Shown here: one piece after another, positions 1 through 8,506 of the stretch
How the letters are laid out: the number at the start of each line of letters is the position of its first letter
Position numbering within the stretch: position 1 is the first letter of the stretch
Origin: an uncultured Candidatus Saccharibacteria bacterium
GTDB taxonomy: Bacteria; Patescibacteriota; Minisyncoccia; Phycocordibacterales; 2-02-FULL-43-11
Assembly (NCBI GenBank): GCA_964649625.1
Contig: CAZYRJ010000002.1
Span: 1 to 42,455 of the forward strand
DNA: 42,455 nucleotides
Direction: 5' to 3'
Position numbers and translations under genes: made by a program
Notes under the pieces: model-generated
What the model saw: only the letters and a program-made list of their open reading frames with translations
Databases searched by the model: none
Told to the model about the DNA's origin: nothing

Positions 1-34
1 GCGGTCGAGATTCGAGCCCTCGTTTTGGAAATTT

Positions 35-1861
35 ATGGAAATACGAAACATAGCTATCATCGCCCACGTTGATCACGGCAAGACAACTCTTACCGATGCT
101 TTGATGCGCCAGACAGGCATGGTTGAGGAGGGCTTCACTATGGATACGAATTCACTCGAAAAAGAACGCGGCATCACCATATACGCGAAAAACGGCTCGC
201 TTTTTTGGCCTTCGACAGGCTCAGGCCGGGAAAAAACCAAGATCAATATTGTTGATACTCCAGGCCACGCAGACTTTGGTTCGGAGGTTGAGCGTGTTTT
301 GCGCGCGATCGACACCGTTCTTTTGGTCGTCGATGCCCAGGAAGGCCCGATGCCGCAGACGAGGTTCGTGCTCAAGAAATCCCTTGAACTCGGGTTGAAG
401 CCTATCGTCGTGATAAACAAAATAGATAAACCCGCGGCCGACCCCGCCCGCGTGCACGACGAGGTTCTCGAATTGTTCATCGAACTAGGTGCTTCCGATG
501 CTCAGATCGATTTTCCGGTCGTTTATGCCATCGGCCGCCAGGGTGTAGCCAAGAGAAAGCTGACCGACGAATCGAAAGATCTCTCGCCGCTTCTCGATCT
601 CGTTTTGGAATGGGTCAAACCAGCCGGAGCCAATAAAGACGCGCCGCTCCGGATGCAGCCATTCAATTTGGCGTATGACAATTTTTTGGGTCGCTTGGCC
701 GTATGCAAAGTTGAAGAAGGTTCAGTTATGTCCGGCTCGGAAGTTTACATAAAGGCCAAGGGCGAAGAAACCGTAAAGGGCAAAATAACCAAGATATTCA
801 CGTTCGAGGGAATGAAAAGGGTGGAATCGGAAAAAGCGGAGGCGGGAGACATCGTCATGGTCGCCGGATTGCCGACCATCTACATCGGAGAGACAATTTG
901 TACCGAAGAGAGTGCCGAGCCTTTGCCGGCCATTGGCATTGATGAACCAACGATTTCATTAAACTTCATGGTGAATGATTCGCCGCTAGGAGGTCGGGAC
1001 GGTAAGCTGGTCACGACGAGGCAGATAAGAGAAAGGCTCGAAAGGGAACTTGAGACACATGTCGGACTAAAAGTGGATTTTTCTCCGGGCGATTACTATG
1101 TGGTTTTCGGAAGAGGCGAATTGCATATCTCCATTCTTCTTGAGCAAATGAGACGGGAAGGTTATGAGGTCCAAGTATCCGAACCGAAAGTCATTCTGAA
1201 AGAAGAGAACGGCGTTAAACTGGAGCCCTATGAAGAAGCTGTGGCTGATGTTCGGAACGAAAACGTCGGAGATGTTGTGTCGGCTCTTTCAAGCCGCAAG
1301 GGAATGTTGACCCATCAATACGAGCACGAAGGCATGACAAGATTGATCTTCGAGATTCCCACCAGAGGATTGCTCGGTTATCGCAACGAATTCATCATCG
1401 CCACAAAAGGCGAGGGCATTCTGTCGTCGCGTTTTATCAAATTTCGTCCTTACTCGGGCGATATCGATAGGCATGCGTACGGCTCTATGATCTCAATGGT
1501 TGCCGGTAAGGCCGTGGCCTTCGCGCTTTGGAACCTTGAACAAAGAGGCACACGCTATATCGGGCCGGGTGAGGAAATTTACGAAGGCATGGTCATCGGT
1601 AATGTTTCCAAGGGCGACGATCTGGATGTTAATCCTGCCAAAGGAAAGCAACTTTCCAACATGCGCACTTCAAGTACCGATGAAGCGATTATCCTTAACG
1701 CTGCCTGGCCGCTCACGATAGAAAGGGGCTTGGAGGTCATGAAAAGCGACGAGTATCTGGAAGTTACTCCGAATCACGTCCGTTTGCGCAAGAAATACTT
1801 GAGCCAGATCGAGCGCGCGAGGGCCGCTAGAAAGGAGGCCAAAAGCAAAGACGAGGGATAA
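35..1861 (+). CDS. typA: Translational GTPase TypA/BipA
   Basis: 608-aa ORF. G-domain motifs AHVDHGKTT, DTPGHADF and NKID are followed by EF-G-like beta-barrel and C-terminal domains. Length and N-terminus are typical of BipA. Confidence 0.93.
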   Translation: MEIRNIAIIAHVDHGKTTLTDALMRQTGMVEEGFTMDTNSLEKERGITIYAKNGSLFWPSTGSGREKTKINIVDTPGHADFGSEVERVLRAIDTVLLVVDAQEGPMPQTRFVLKKSLELGLKPIVVINKIDKPAADPARVHDEVLELFIELGASDAQIDFPVVYAIGRQGVAKRKLTDESKDLSPLLDLVLEWVKPAGANKDAPLRMQPFNLAYDNFLGRLAVCKVEEGSVMSGSEVYIKAKGEETVKGKITKIFTFEGMKRVESEKAEAGDIVMVAGLPTIYIGETICTEESAEPLPAIGIDEPTISLNFMVNDSPLGGRDGKLVTTRQIRERLERELETHVGLKVDFSPGDYYVVFGRGELHISILLEQMRREGYEVQVSEPKVILKEENGVKLEPYEEAVADVRNENVGDVVSALSSRKGMLTHQYEHEGMTRLIFEIPTRGLLGYRNEFIIATKGEGILSSRFIKFRPYSGDIDRHAYGSMISMVAGKAVAFALWNLEQRGTRYIGPGEEIYEGMVIGNVSKGDDLDVNPAKGKQLSNMRTSSTDEAIILNAAWPLTIERGLEVMKSDEYLEVTPNHVRLRKKYLSQIERARAARKEAKSKDEG

Positions 1862-1893
1862 AAAACGGCCCTTGATGGGGCCGTTTTTTATTT
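1861..1893 (+). terminator. Rho-independent terminator after typA
   Basis: 7-bp GC stem ACGGCCC (1865-1871) / GGGCCGT (1878-1884), flanked by an A-tract and a T-tract. It starts at the typA stop codon. Confidence 0.7.
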
Positions 1894-1915
1894 GGACGGA
1901 CGAAAGCCCTCCTAA

Positions 1916-1944
1916 TTGACACCACATAATTTATGTTGTATACA
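1916..1944 (+). promoter_or_regulatory. Sigma70-like promoter
   Basis: TTGACA (1916-1921), 17-nt spacer, TATACA (1939-1944). The ATG at 1933 lies upstream of the -10, which favours the ATG at 1972 as the start. Confidence 0.5.
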
Positions 1945-1971
1945 CTGCATAGTTGTTCGAAGAAAAAAACT

Positions 1972-2445
1972 ATGACTAATCAGCCATGGGGTTGGCGTCA
2001 ACACGCACCCTACATCGTTGCGGTGGTCGGCCTGGTGCTGGCCGTAAAATTCGTTATCATACCGGGCGCTCAATATGTGAACGCCAAGCTCGACGCCTGG
2101 TTCAGGCGTCCGATCGTGGTTCAAGCCGTGCCGGATGTCAGGTCAAGCGGAGGTTCGGCGTATACTGAGTGGATGGTCGCGGCCCAAAATACCCTTCAGT
2201 CGGAGGCTCCAAATCCGCCGAAGGTCCAGCTCGCCCCGGAGGAGCCTGTGCCGGGGAAAGCGGTGGGTTTACCGTCCGTGTCGGCTGGCAATATCAAGCC
2301 GGTCCAACTTTATCCGGAATGGAACTTTCAAAAAAGGGAAGAGAGGGCATTAAGATCCATCCCGCAACATATGCTTACCCCCAAACATCGGGCGCGGCTC
2401 GAATATTTAGCCACCAACCCTCCTCCTTCGGGAGTCGCACAGTAA
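1972..2445 (+). CDS. Hypothetical single-pass membrane protein
   Basis: ORF track 1933..2445. The start was moved to MTNQPWGW because of the promoter position. One TM helix (YIVAVVGLVLAVKFVII) is followed by a Pro-rich tail. No recognisable family. Confidence 0.5.
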   Translation: MTNQPWGWRQHAPYIVAVVGLVLAVKFVIIPGAQYVNAKLDAWFRRPIVVQAVPDVRSSGGSAYTEWMVAAQNTLQSEAPNPPKVQLAPEEPVPGKAVGLPSVSAGNIKPVQLYPEWNFQKREERALRSIPQHMLTPKHRARLEYLATNPPPSGVAQ

Positions 2446-2463
2446 GTTTTTTGCCAAATAACT

Positions 2464-2486
2464 CGCGGATTATCCGCGGCTTTTTA
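2464..2486 (+). terminator. Rho-independent terminator
   Basis: CGCGGA (2464-2469) / TCCGCG (2473-2478) hairpin followed by GCTTTTT. Confidence 0.5.
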
Positions 2487-2527
2487 TTATTACAAAAGCC
2501 CCACCGTTAGTACGGGGGGGGTAGAGG

Positions 2528-2761
2528 TTATTGTTGCGATAGTTTTGAAAGGATGTAGAGCAGTACGATGCCGCCCACTACCATTCCCCAGAAGAACTTC
2601 TGATGCTTTTTTACCTGCCGGCTGGCTGGTCTTCCGATGGCTTTGGCAGCTCTTTTTGAAAGCTTAAGGTACTGGTTGTGCACGCCCGCCATTTTGGCGA
2701 CAAAAACCGAGGCGAACCACATGAAGGTCAACAAGACAAGAAAAGAAACTAAAGCGTCCAT
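2528..2761 (-). CDS. Small hypothetical membrane protein (two TM helices)
   Basis: 77-aa ORF with an ATG start. It has two hydrophobic helices separated by a Lys/Arg-rich loop. No family recognised. Confidence 0.45.
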   Translation of the reverse strand: MDALVSFLVLLTFMWFASVFVAKMAGVHNQYLKLSKRAAKAIGRPASRQVKKHQKFFWGMVVGGIVLLYILSKLSQQ

Positions 2762-2848
2762 CTTTAAGTTTTTTATAATAAAAAATGGCCACTGTCAATT
2801 ATAAATTCATATAATTTACGACTGAGTCTTTTTTATACGCGTCTTTTT

Positions 2849-2857
2849 TGCTATATT
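2849..2857 (+). promoter_or_regulatory. Extended -10 promoter of alaS (leaderless arrangement)
   Basis: TGcTATATT ends 7 nt before the alaS ATG at 2865. There is no SD in the gap. Confidence 0.5.
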
Positions 2858-2864
2858 GCTTCTC

Positions 2865-4634
2865 ATGAAATCGGAAGAGATAAGGAAACGCTTTTTGAAT
2901 TTCTTCGAGAAGCGCGGTCATAAGATCATTCCGTCGGCTTCGCTCGTTCCAGAGAATGATCCTTCGGTCCTCTTCAATACAGCCGGTATGCAGCCATTGG
3001 TTCCGTATCTTTTGGGCGAACCGCATCCGCTTGGCACCCGTTTGGCGGATGTTCAGAAATGTGTTCGGACGATAGACATTGATGACGTCGGCGATGCCAC
3101 TCATGCCACTTTTTTCGAAATGCTCGGCAACTGGTCGCTCGGCGACTATTTCAAAAAAGAAGCAATTGCCTGGAGCTATGAACTTTTGACCTCGAAGGAG
3201 GAAGGTTTCGGGCTTGACCCGAAGCGTCTTTATGTGTCTGTTTTTGCCGGTGATGAGACCTCGCCGCGGGATGAGGAATCGGCCAAGGTCTGGCTTGAGG
3301 CTGGTGTGCCCGAAAAACGTATCTATTATTTGGGCGCCGATAAGAACTGGTGGCAGTCGGGCGAAAATGGCCCATGCGGACCCGACTCCGAAATGTATTA
3401 CGATGTCACCCCGCGTGGACTCGGAGACCTGACGCGCGAACAATTTGTCGAAGCCGACAATAAGCGCGAGATTGTTGAGATATGGAACGACGTCTTTATG
3501 GAATTCCTAAAAAAAGACGGCAAGGTCGTCGGAAAATTGCCGAAAAAGAACGTCGACACAGGCGCCGGATTAGAGAGATTGTCGGTTGTCATCCAGAACA
3601 AAGACAACATATACGATACCGACCTCTTTGGCCCCATCATGGCCGAGGCCAGAAAACTTTCCGACGAGCTCCGAAGTCAAAGGATAATTGCGGACCATTT
3701 TCGCACGGCTGTTTTCATGATTTCCGATGGGGTGATTCCATCGAATACCGATAGAGGCTACATTTTGAGACGTCTTTTGCGACGGGCAATGATGCACGCG
3801 ACCGGAAATAATATCGGCGCGGAGAGCGTCTCCACCCTGGTCAACTCGATAGCCGATAAATACTCCGTTATTTACGAAAACGTTGGCTCCAAAAAGGAGG
3901 AGATAAAGAATGAGATCGTGTCGGAGCTCGTGGAGAGGTTTTCCAAGACCCTGGAAAGGGGGATCAGGGAGTTCGACAAACTGAGCGGAAAAGACATATC
4001 CGGTTTTGACGCGTTCACTCTTTTCTCAAGTTACGGGTTCCCTTTTGAGATAACTGAGGAATTGGCCAAGAAAAAAGGCATTAATGTGGACCGTAAAGGT
4101 TTTGAATCCGAATTCGCGAAACACCAGGAGCTTTCGCGCAAGGGCGCGGAACATAAATTCAAAGGCGGTCTCTCCGATACGAGCGATAAGGTCGTGCAAT
4201 ATCACACAGCCACGCACTTACTCCATCAGGCGCTTCGTGATATTCTCGGTTCCCATGTGGAACAGAAAGGTAGTAACATCACTGCGGAGCGGCTGCGTTT
4301 TGACTTTGCCCATTCTGCCAAGATGACACCCGAGGAGATCAAGAAAGCCGAGGGAATAGTCAACGAAAAGATAGCGGCCGCTATCCCCATGAATCGGGTT
4401 GTTCTTTCCAAGGACGAAGCGGAAAAAACCGGAGCGCTCCATTTTTTCGGCGAGAAGTATGGCGACCAGGTTTCCATATATTTTGTGGGGGACGATATCA
4501 AGACGGCTTATTCAAAGGAATTCTGCGGCGGCCCCCACGTTAAGAATACGAATGAGCTCAAAGGAACGTTCAAGATTAAAAAAGAAGAAGCTGTAGCTGC
4601 CGGCATCCGCCGCATCAAGGCGGTGCTTGAATAG
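2865..4634 (+). CDS. alaS: Alanine--tRNA ligase, compact form lacking the C-Ala domain
   Basis: The N-terminus MKSEEIRKRFLNFFEKRGH..PSASLVP..DPSVLFTNAGM is the class II AlaRS signature. Editing-site motifs HTATHLLHQALR and CGGPHV are present. The protein ends just after the editing core (..GIRRIKAVLE). The ATG at 2865 was preferred over the TTG at 2856. Confidence 0.92.
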   Translation: MKSEEIRKRFLNFFEKRGHKIIPSASLVPENDPSVLFNTAGMQPLVPYLLGEPHPLGTRLADVQKCVRTIDIDDVGDATHATFFEMLGNWSLGDYFKKEAIAWSYELLTSKEEGFGLDPKRLYVSVFAGDETSPRDEESAKVWLEAGVPEKRIYYLGADKNWWQSGENGPCGPDSEMYYDVTPRGLGDLTREQFVEADNKREIVEIWNDVFMEFLKKDGKVVGKLPKKNVDTGAGLERLSVVIQNKDNIYDTDLFGPIMAEARKLSDELRSQRIIADHFRTAVFMISDGVIPSNTDRGYILRRLLRRAMMHATGNNIGAESVSTLVNSIADKYSVIYENVGSKKEEIKNEIVSELVERFSKTLERGIREFDKLSGKDISGFDAFTLFSSYGFPFEITEELAKKKGINVDRKGFESEFAKHQELSRKGAEHKFKGGLSDTSDKVVQYHTATHLLHQALRDILGSHVEQKGSNITAERLRFDFAHSAKMTPEEIKKAEGIVNEKIAAAIPMNRVVLSKDEAEKTGALHFFGEKYGDQVSIYFVGDDIKTAYSKEFCGGPHVKNTNELKGTFKIKKEEAVAAGIRRIKAVLE

Positions 4635-4827
4635 CTCTTCTAATTCTGCTATTTTATTGGGCGGGTCTTTCATGGTTTCTTGCCTCCTTGCTGATAAACC
4701 AGCCGTTGAAGAGAACTGCGGAGAGAGACTCCTAGCCACAAAACTTTTCTCTTCAGTAACCATGACCCCGGCCGCCTTTGTCTAAGGCGGCCTCGTTACT
4801 AGCGCTTTTCGTTACAGAGCCATATTC

Positions 4828-4836
4828 TGGTATAAT
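4828..4836 (+). promoter_or_regulatory. Extended -10 promoter (leaderless arrangement)
   Basis: TGgTATAAT ends 6 nt before the ATG at 4843. Confidence 0.5.
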
Positions 4837-4842
4837 TTGCCC

Positions 4843-6108
4843 ATGGCTTTCTCATGGTTTAGCGGAAAAGGCAAAGAAAAAAACGCGGGCATACTTTTCG
4901 AGATATCTTCCTCAGGCGTGGGAGCTTCGATAGTTGTTTTTGAGACCGGAATAAAACCGACCGTCGTTTTTCAGTTCCGACAGACCTTTCCCGTCGAGTC
5001 ACGGTTGGACAACCGTAAATTTTTGCCGACAATGACCGAGGCTCTTTCCGTTACCGTCGGAGAGATCGCGGCCAAGGGCCTTATCCGCCTCGAATCATAT
5101 GCCGGTCGGAAGATCCCGATAAAGCGCATCATGTGCGTTTTTTCCTCGCCTTGGGATGTCTCAACGACTAGGGCTCTCCATTTCAAGTTCGAGCAGTCTT
5201 TCGTTATTAGTCCGACTTTCCTCAACGACGTTATCGCCTACGAAGGACGCAATTTTTTAGCGGCCGTTTCAAAGTCCAACAAAGATGCCGGCGAGCGCAA
5301 GCATATTCTGGCCGAGCGCGACATCTTGAAGACGGCCGTCAACGGATATCCCGTTCGCTACCCCACGGGACGTCAAGCCGATGATTTTGAGATGACTCTC
5401 TTTCTTTCTGCTTTACCGCAGGCGCTTAACCGGAGTGTTGAGCGCATCTGCCAGCGCCAGTTTCCCGATTCCGTAATTGAGCTTTATTCGGCGACCGGCG
5501 TATATTTCAGCGTGCTCCGGAGGATGGTTCCCGATGAACGAAGTTTTATCATTACCCATATCGGCGGTGAGACGACGGATGTTTCTGTGGTCAAAGATAA
5601 CGCCATTACTGAGACTATTTCGTTTCCGCTTGGCCGCAATTTCGTCATCCGGCGTTTGATGGAGGAGATCTCCGGAATTACGCCCTCAGTTGCGCTTTCA
5701 ATGATCAATGTCCATCAAAGCGGCGATGCCGCGCCCCGCATGTCCCAAAAACTTCAGAGCGTTCTTTCTCAGGTCGAGGCCGATTGGGTCGGGTTGTTTG
5801 CTGATTCAATGCATGATTTTGCAAAAGACTTTTTCCTGCCGACTAGGGTTTTCGTCCTTGCTGGAGACAACGCCGCCGGTACGTTTGCCGATCTAATAAC
5901 AAAACAAACCCTGCCGGTGCGCGGGCACGGTACGCCGCCTATTGTTGCCGAGGCGGTGAAGCCCGAGCTTTTCCACAATACCATTACTTGCGCGGCGGGA
6001 GAGGAGTGCGACCCGTTCCTTTCGGCTGAGATACTTTTTTTGAACTTGCAAAGCGCGGAGCAAAAAGTATATTTTGAAAGGCGGGGCAAGATCGAAGCTA
6101 AGACATAA
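4843..6108 (+). CDS. Actin-fold (ASKHA) ATPase-like protein, FtsA/PilM-like
   Basis: HIGGETTDVSVV matches the phosphate-2 motif (DxGGGTTD) of FtsA/PilM/MreB-type proteins. The N-terminal GILFEISSSGVGASIVV resembles the phosphate-1 hairpin but lacks the usual Asp. The ATG at 4843 was preferred over the TTG at 4837. Confidence 0.55.
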   Translation: MAFSWFSGKGKEKNAGILFEISSSGVGASIVVFETGIKPTVVFQFRQTFPVESRLDNRKFLPTMTEALSVTVGEIAAKGLIRLESYAGRKIPIKRIMCVFSSPWDVSTTRALHFKFEQSFVISPTFLNDVIAYEGRNFLAAVSKSNKDAGERKHILAERDILKTAVNGYPVRYPTGRQADDFEMTLFLSALPQALNRSVERICQRQFPDSVIELYSATGVYFSVLRRMVPDERSFIITHIGGETTDVSVVKDNAITETISFPLGRNFVIRRLMEEISGITPSVALSMINVHQSGDAAPRMSQKLQSVLSQVEADWVGLFADSMHDFAKDFFLPTRVFVLAGDNAAGTFADLITKQTLPVRGHGTPPIVAEAVKPELFHNTITCAAGEECDPFLSAEILFLNLQSAEQKVYFERRGKIEAKT

Positions 6109-6196
6109 AATTTTCTGTTCCAAAAGTATTCTAGGCAGAAAGGGCAAAATCTTTGTCCACAGCCTCCGCAAAGTGGCGTTCTATTACCAAGCTTTG

Positions 6197-6202
6197 TATA
6201 AT
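6197..6202 (+). promoter_or_regulatory. -10 element (near-leaderless arrangement)
   Basis: TATAAT, preceded by TTG, ends 8 nt before the ATG at 6211. Confidence 0.4.
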
Positions 6203-6210
6203 GAACCGGT

Positions 6211-7536
6211 ATGTCATTACCTCACAAGAAAAATTTTCTCCGAGACGTCTTGCCAAAGAGTGCCATTGAGAAGCCCGTTCGTCGGAGGCCTGTTGACGAC
6301 GAGCAGGAGGTTAAATACCACAAGATCGTCGAGCCGGCCGACTTGTACGTGGAAGAGAAGGCGGTTCATAAGGGGGGCGGCAAGTGGCAGATCTGGACCA
6401 TTGCTTCCCTCGCTGTTTTGGGGCTGACCGCCGCTATCTTTTATGTTTTTTCCAGTGCGGAAGTGGTTATAACGCCGCGCATTGACGAAGCGCGATTCAA
6501 CAATGATTTCAGGGCCCGTAAGGATGTCGTCATGGAGAATTGGAACGAGGGTTTGAGCTTTTCGGTAAACAAGATCGAGAATTTAGGTTCGAAAAGCGTA
6601 GCTGCTGACGGCGAGCGCATGCAACAAAAAAAAGCATCGGGAAAAATAACAATCTACAATGACTATTCGACGAAGCCGCAGAGACTCATAAAGAACACAA
6701 GGTTTGAAACTGCCGACGGCTTGGTGTACCGGATCGATCAGTCGATTGTTGTGCCGGGAAGTAAAGTGGAGAATGGCAAGACCGTTCCCGGCAGTGTTGT
6801 CGCGACTGTCTACGCGGATGAGCCGGGTACCAAATACAATATCGGCAGTACGACATTCAAAATTCCCGGTTTCAAAGGTGACCCGAAGTATGCCGGTTTT
6901 TACGGCAAATCTGACGCTCCGATGACCGGAGGCTTTTCCGGAGTCGCCAAGTATGTCTCCGATGCCAGGCAGCAAACGGTCCGTGCCGAGATCAGGAGCG
7001 AATTGGAAAAGCAGATCCTTTCAGAGGCACCGAAGAGTCTCAAACCGGGCAGTTTTATCCCGAAGGGCGCATATACGGTGGAGTTCGAATCTCAGCCGGC
7101 CCAACCAGCCGAAGGCGGAGCGGTGACCATTTCCGAAAAGGCCACGGTTACTATCTACACATTTAGGAATGAGAACTGGGATTCTTATCTAGCCCAGGCT
7201 ACTCCGTTCGCTTCGGCGATCGGCTCGAGCACCGTGATGATACAAAATCGCGACGAACTCAGCCTGGCTTGGAAATCGAGACCAACTGTTGATTCGCCGG
7301 AAATATCCTTCACGGTGAAAGGCAACGCCCGTTTCGTTTGGGTTCCGGATGGAGCGAAGCTGGCCAGCTCATTGGCCGGCAGCAAAAAGAGCGAGTTACA
7401 GAAAATTCTCGGTGATTACAGCGAAGTTTTGAGTGCTTCAGCCGCGTTAAGCCCATTTTGGAGCACTCATTTTCCAAAAGACCCGGTCAAAATAACCATC
7501 ACGACGAAGATCCCAGAATTTTCTCCAAAACGATAA
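6211..7536 (+). CDS. Membrane-anchored protein with a large extracytoplasmic beta-rich domain (possibly baseplate-J-like)
   Basis: 441 aa. A basic N-terminal tail is followed by one TM helix (WTIASLAVLGLTAAIFYVF). The segment ASGKITIYNDYS..LIKNTRFETADGLVYRIDQSIVVPG recalls, from memory only, the baseplate J/gp47-type pattern. Confidence 0.5.
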   Translation: MSLPHKKNFLRDVLPKSAIEKPVRRRPVDDEQEVKYHKIVEPADLYVEEKAVHKGGGKWQIWTIASLAVLGLTAAIFYVFSSAEVVITPRIDEARFNNDFRARKDVVMENWNEGLSFSVNKIENLGSKSVAADGERMQQKKASGKITIYNDYSTKPQRLIKNTRFETADGLVYRIDQSIVVPGSKVENGKTVPGSVVATVYADEPGTKYNIGSTTFKIPGFKGDPKYAGFYGKSDAPMTGGFSGVAKYVSDARQQTVRAEIRSELEKQILSEAPKSLKPGSFIPKGAYTVEFESQPAQPAEGGAVTISEKATVTIYTFRNENWDSYLAQATPFASAIGSSTVMIQNRDELSLAWKSRPTVDSPEISFTVKGNARFVWVPDGAKLASSLAGSKKSELQKILGDYSEVLSASAALSPFWSTHFPKDPVKITITTKIPEFSPKR

Positions 7537-7570
7537 TGGGCCGCATTTAACCGGTTTTGCACAGTCCGGT

Positions 7571-7600
7571 TTGACGTCGGTGCCTTATTTTTGGTAGACT
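7571..7600 (+). promoter_or_regulatory. Promoter of the infA / ribosomal-protein cluster
   Basis: TTGACG (7571-7576), 18-nt spacer, TGgTAGACT (7592-7600). The infA ATG lies 14 nt downstream with no SD. Confidence 0.5.
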
Positions 7601-7614
7601 GTTATCCTCATTAA

Positions 7615-7839
7615 ATGATAGAAGACGAGACTAAAAATAGTAAAAAAGAAACCTCCGGTCTCGTTGTTGAGGCATTGCCTGACGCCCTTTTTAGGGTGGA
7701 TATCGGGGATAGCAATATCATTTTGGCATATTTGTCGGGAAAGATGAGAATTCACCACATCAGAATTCTGGTTGGCGATAAGGTAAGGTTGGTGCTCGAT
7801 CCTTATGGAGGAAAAGGAAGGATTACAAGGCGCCTTTGA
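7615..7839 (+). CDS. infA: Translation initiation factor IF-1
   Basis: 74 aa. The S1/OB-fold IF-1 pattern is present: ..VVEALPDALFRV......ILAYLSGKMRIHHIRILVGDKV.L.L.PY....GRITRR. Confidence 0.9.
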   Translation: MIEDETKNSKKETSGLVVEALPDALFRVDIGDSNIILAYLSGKMRIHHIRILVGDKVRLVLDPYGGKGRITRRL

Positions 7840-7892
7840 CATTTATACCCCCTCGTGCTAGGTTGGTTACTGTCCTGTCTATAGAGCGGTAG

Positions 7893-7912
7893 GCCTGCCT
7901 GCGCAGGCAGGC
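7893..7912. other. Perfect 20-nt GC palindrome / hairpin
   Basis: GCCTGCCTGCGCAGGCAGGC, in the spacer between infA and rpmJ. Confidence 0.6.
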
Positions 7913-7915
7913 GCT

Positions 7916-7939
7916 AAAAAGCGGTTCAACGCTTTTTTT
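7916..7939 (+). terminator. Weak terminator or attenuator-like hairpin
   Basis: AAAAAGCG-GTTCAA-CGCTTTTTTT, with only 3 GC pairs. Confidence 0.4.
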
Positions 7940-7974
7940 GTTCGATAGAAGAAGCCAAATATTTTTCCAAACAA

Positions 7975-8091
7975 ATGCGCGTAAAAGCTTCAGTAAAAAA
8001 GATCTGTCCAAAATGCTCCGTAGTTCGACGCGGCCGCTCCATTTACATTATTTGTAAAGCCAACCCGAGGCATAAGCAGCGCCAGGGTTAG
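7975..8091 (+). CDS. rpmJ: 50S ribosomal protein L36
   Basis: 38-codon ORF that is absent from the ORF track: [38 protein letters not shown]. It has the L36 zinc-ribbon pattern (CxxC ... C..H) and the canonical position between infA and rpsM. Confidence 0.9.
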   Translation: MRVKASVKKICPKCSVVRRGRSIYIICKANPRHKQRQG

Positions 8092-8118
8092 CCTTCACTG
8101 CTTTATTTATAAAAAATC

Positions 8119-8499
8119 ATGCGTATTCTAGGCATCACAATTCCAGACGAAAAAAGACTGCCTTTCGCTCTGCAGGTTCTTTACGGCGTCGGCCATTCGC
8201 GCGCTCTCGAGCTTCTCAACAAGGCCAACGTTTCGCCGGTTAAGAGACCGAAAGAGTTGACGACTGATGAGGAAAACGCTATCCGAAAGGCCATTGAAGC
8301 TTTTAAGATAGAGGGCGATCTTAAGCGCGAAGTCGGCGCAAACGTAAAACGACTCAAGGATATAAAATGTTACCGCGGTGTTCGCCACATTCGGGGATTG
8401 CCAGTTTGGGGTCAGAGGACAAAGACCAACTCGAGGACTCGAAGAGGGAATGCCAGAAAGACCATGGGTACCGGTCGCCGAGCGCTTGATAAAAAATAA
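8119..8499 (+). CDS. rpsM: 30S ribosomal protein S13
   Basis: 126 aa. The pattern is MRILG..IP..K....AL..IYGVG...A..L, with a basic C-terminus. Confidence 0.94.
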   Translation: MRILGITIPDEKRLPFALQVLYGVGHSRALELLNKANVSPVKRPKELTTDEENAIRKAIEAFKIEGDLKREVGANVKRLKDIKCYRGVRHIRGLPVWGQRTKTNSRTRRGNARKTMGTGRRALDKK

Positions 8500-8506
8500 T
8501 TAATGA

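Noticed and set aside
1-34. Possible 3' end of a tRNA at the window edge (CGAGA-TTCGAGC-CCTCG resembles a T-arm).
   Set aside because: The loop-closing pair would be A-C instead of the conserved G53-C61. The presumptive acceptor strand (TTTTGGA) is A/U-rich and has no CCA. Too little sequence is present to judge, and it could equally be a weak terminator hairpin.
2514-2521. G8 homopolymer next to the stop of the small minus-strand membrane gene.
   Set aside because: It lies between two convergent 3' ends, so no obvious regulatory consequence follows from a length change. I note it only as a possible sequencing-error hotspot.
2799-3443. 214-aa minus-strand ORF.
   Set aside because: It lies entirely antisense to the strongly supported alaS catalytic domain and has no recognisable motif. 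It is a shadow ORF. The same reasoning applies to 22504..22974 (antisense to a GT4 gene), 17117..17524, and the other short overlapping ORFs in the track.
4512-4673. 53-codon minus-strand ORF preceded by a perfect AAGGAGG.
   Set aside because: About 120 nt of it overlaps the alaS 3' coding region antisense, and its peptide (..SYSFFFFNLERS..) looks like a mirror of alaS codons. It is kept only as a remark inside the finding on the 4635-4842 spacer.
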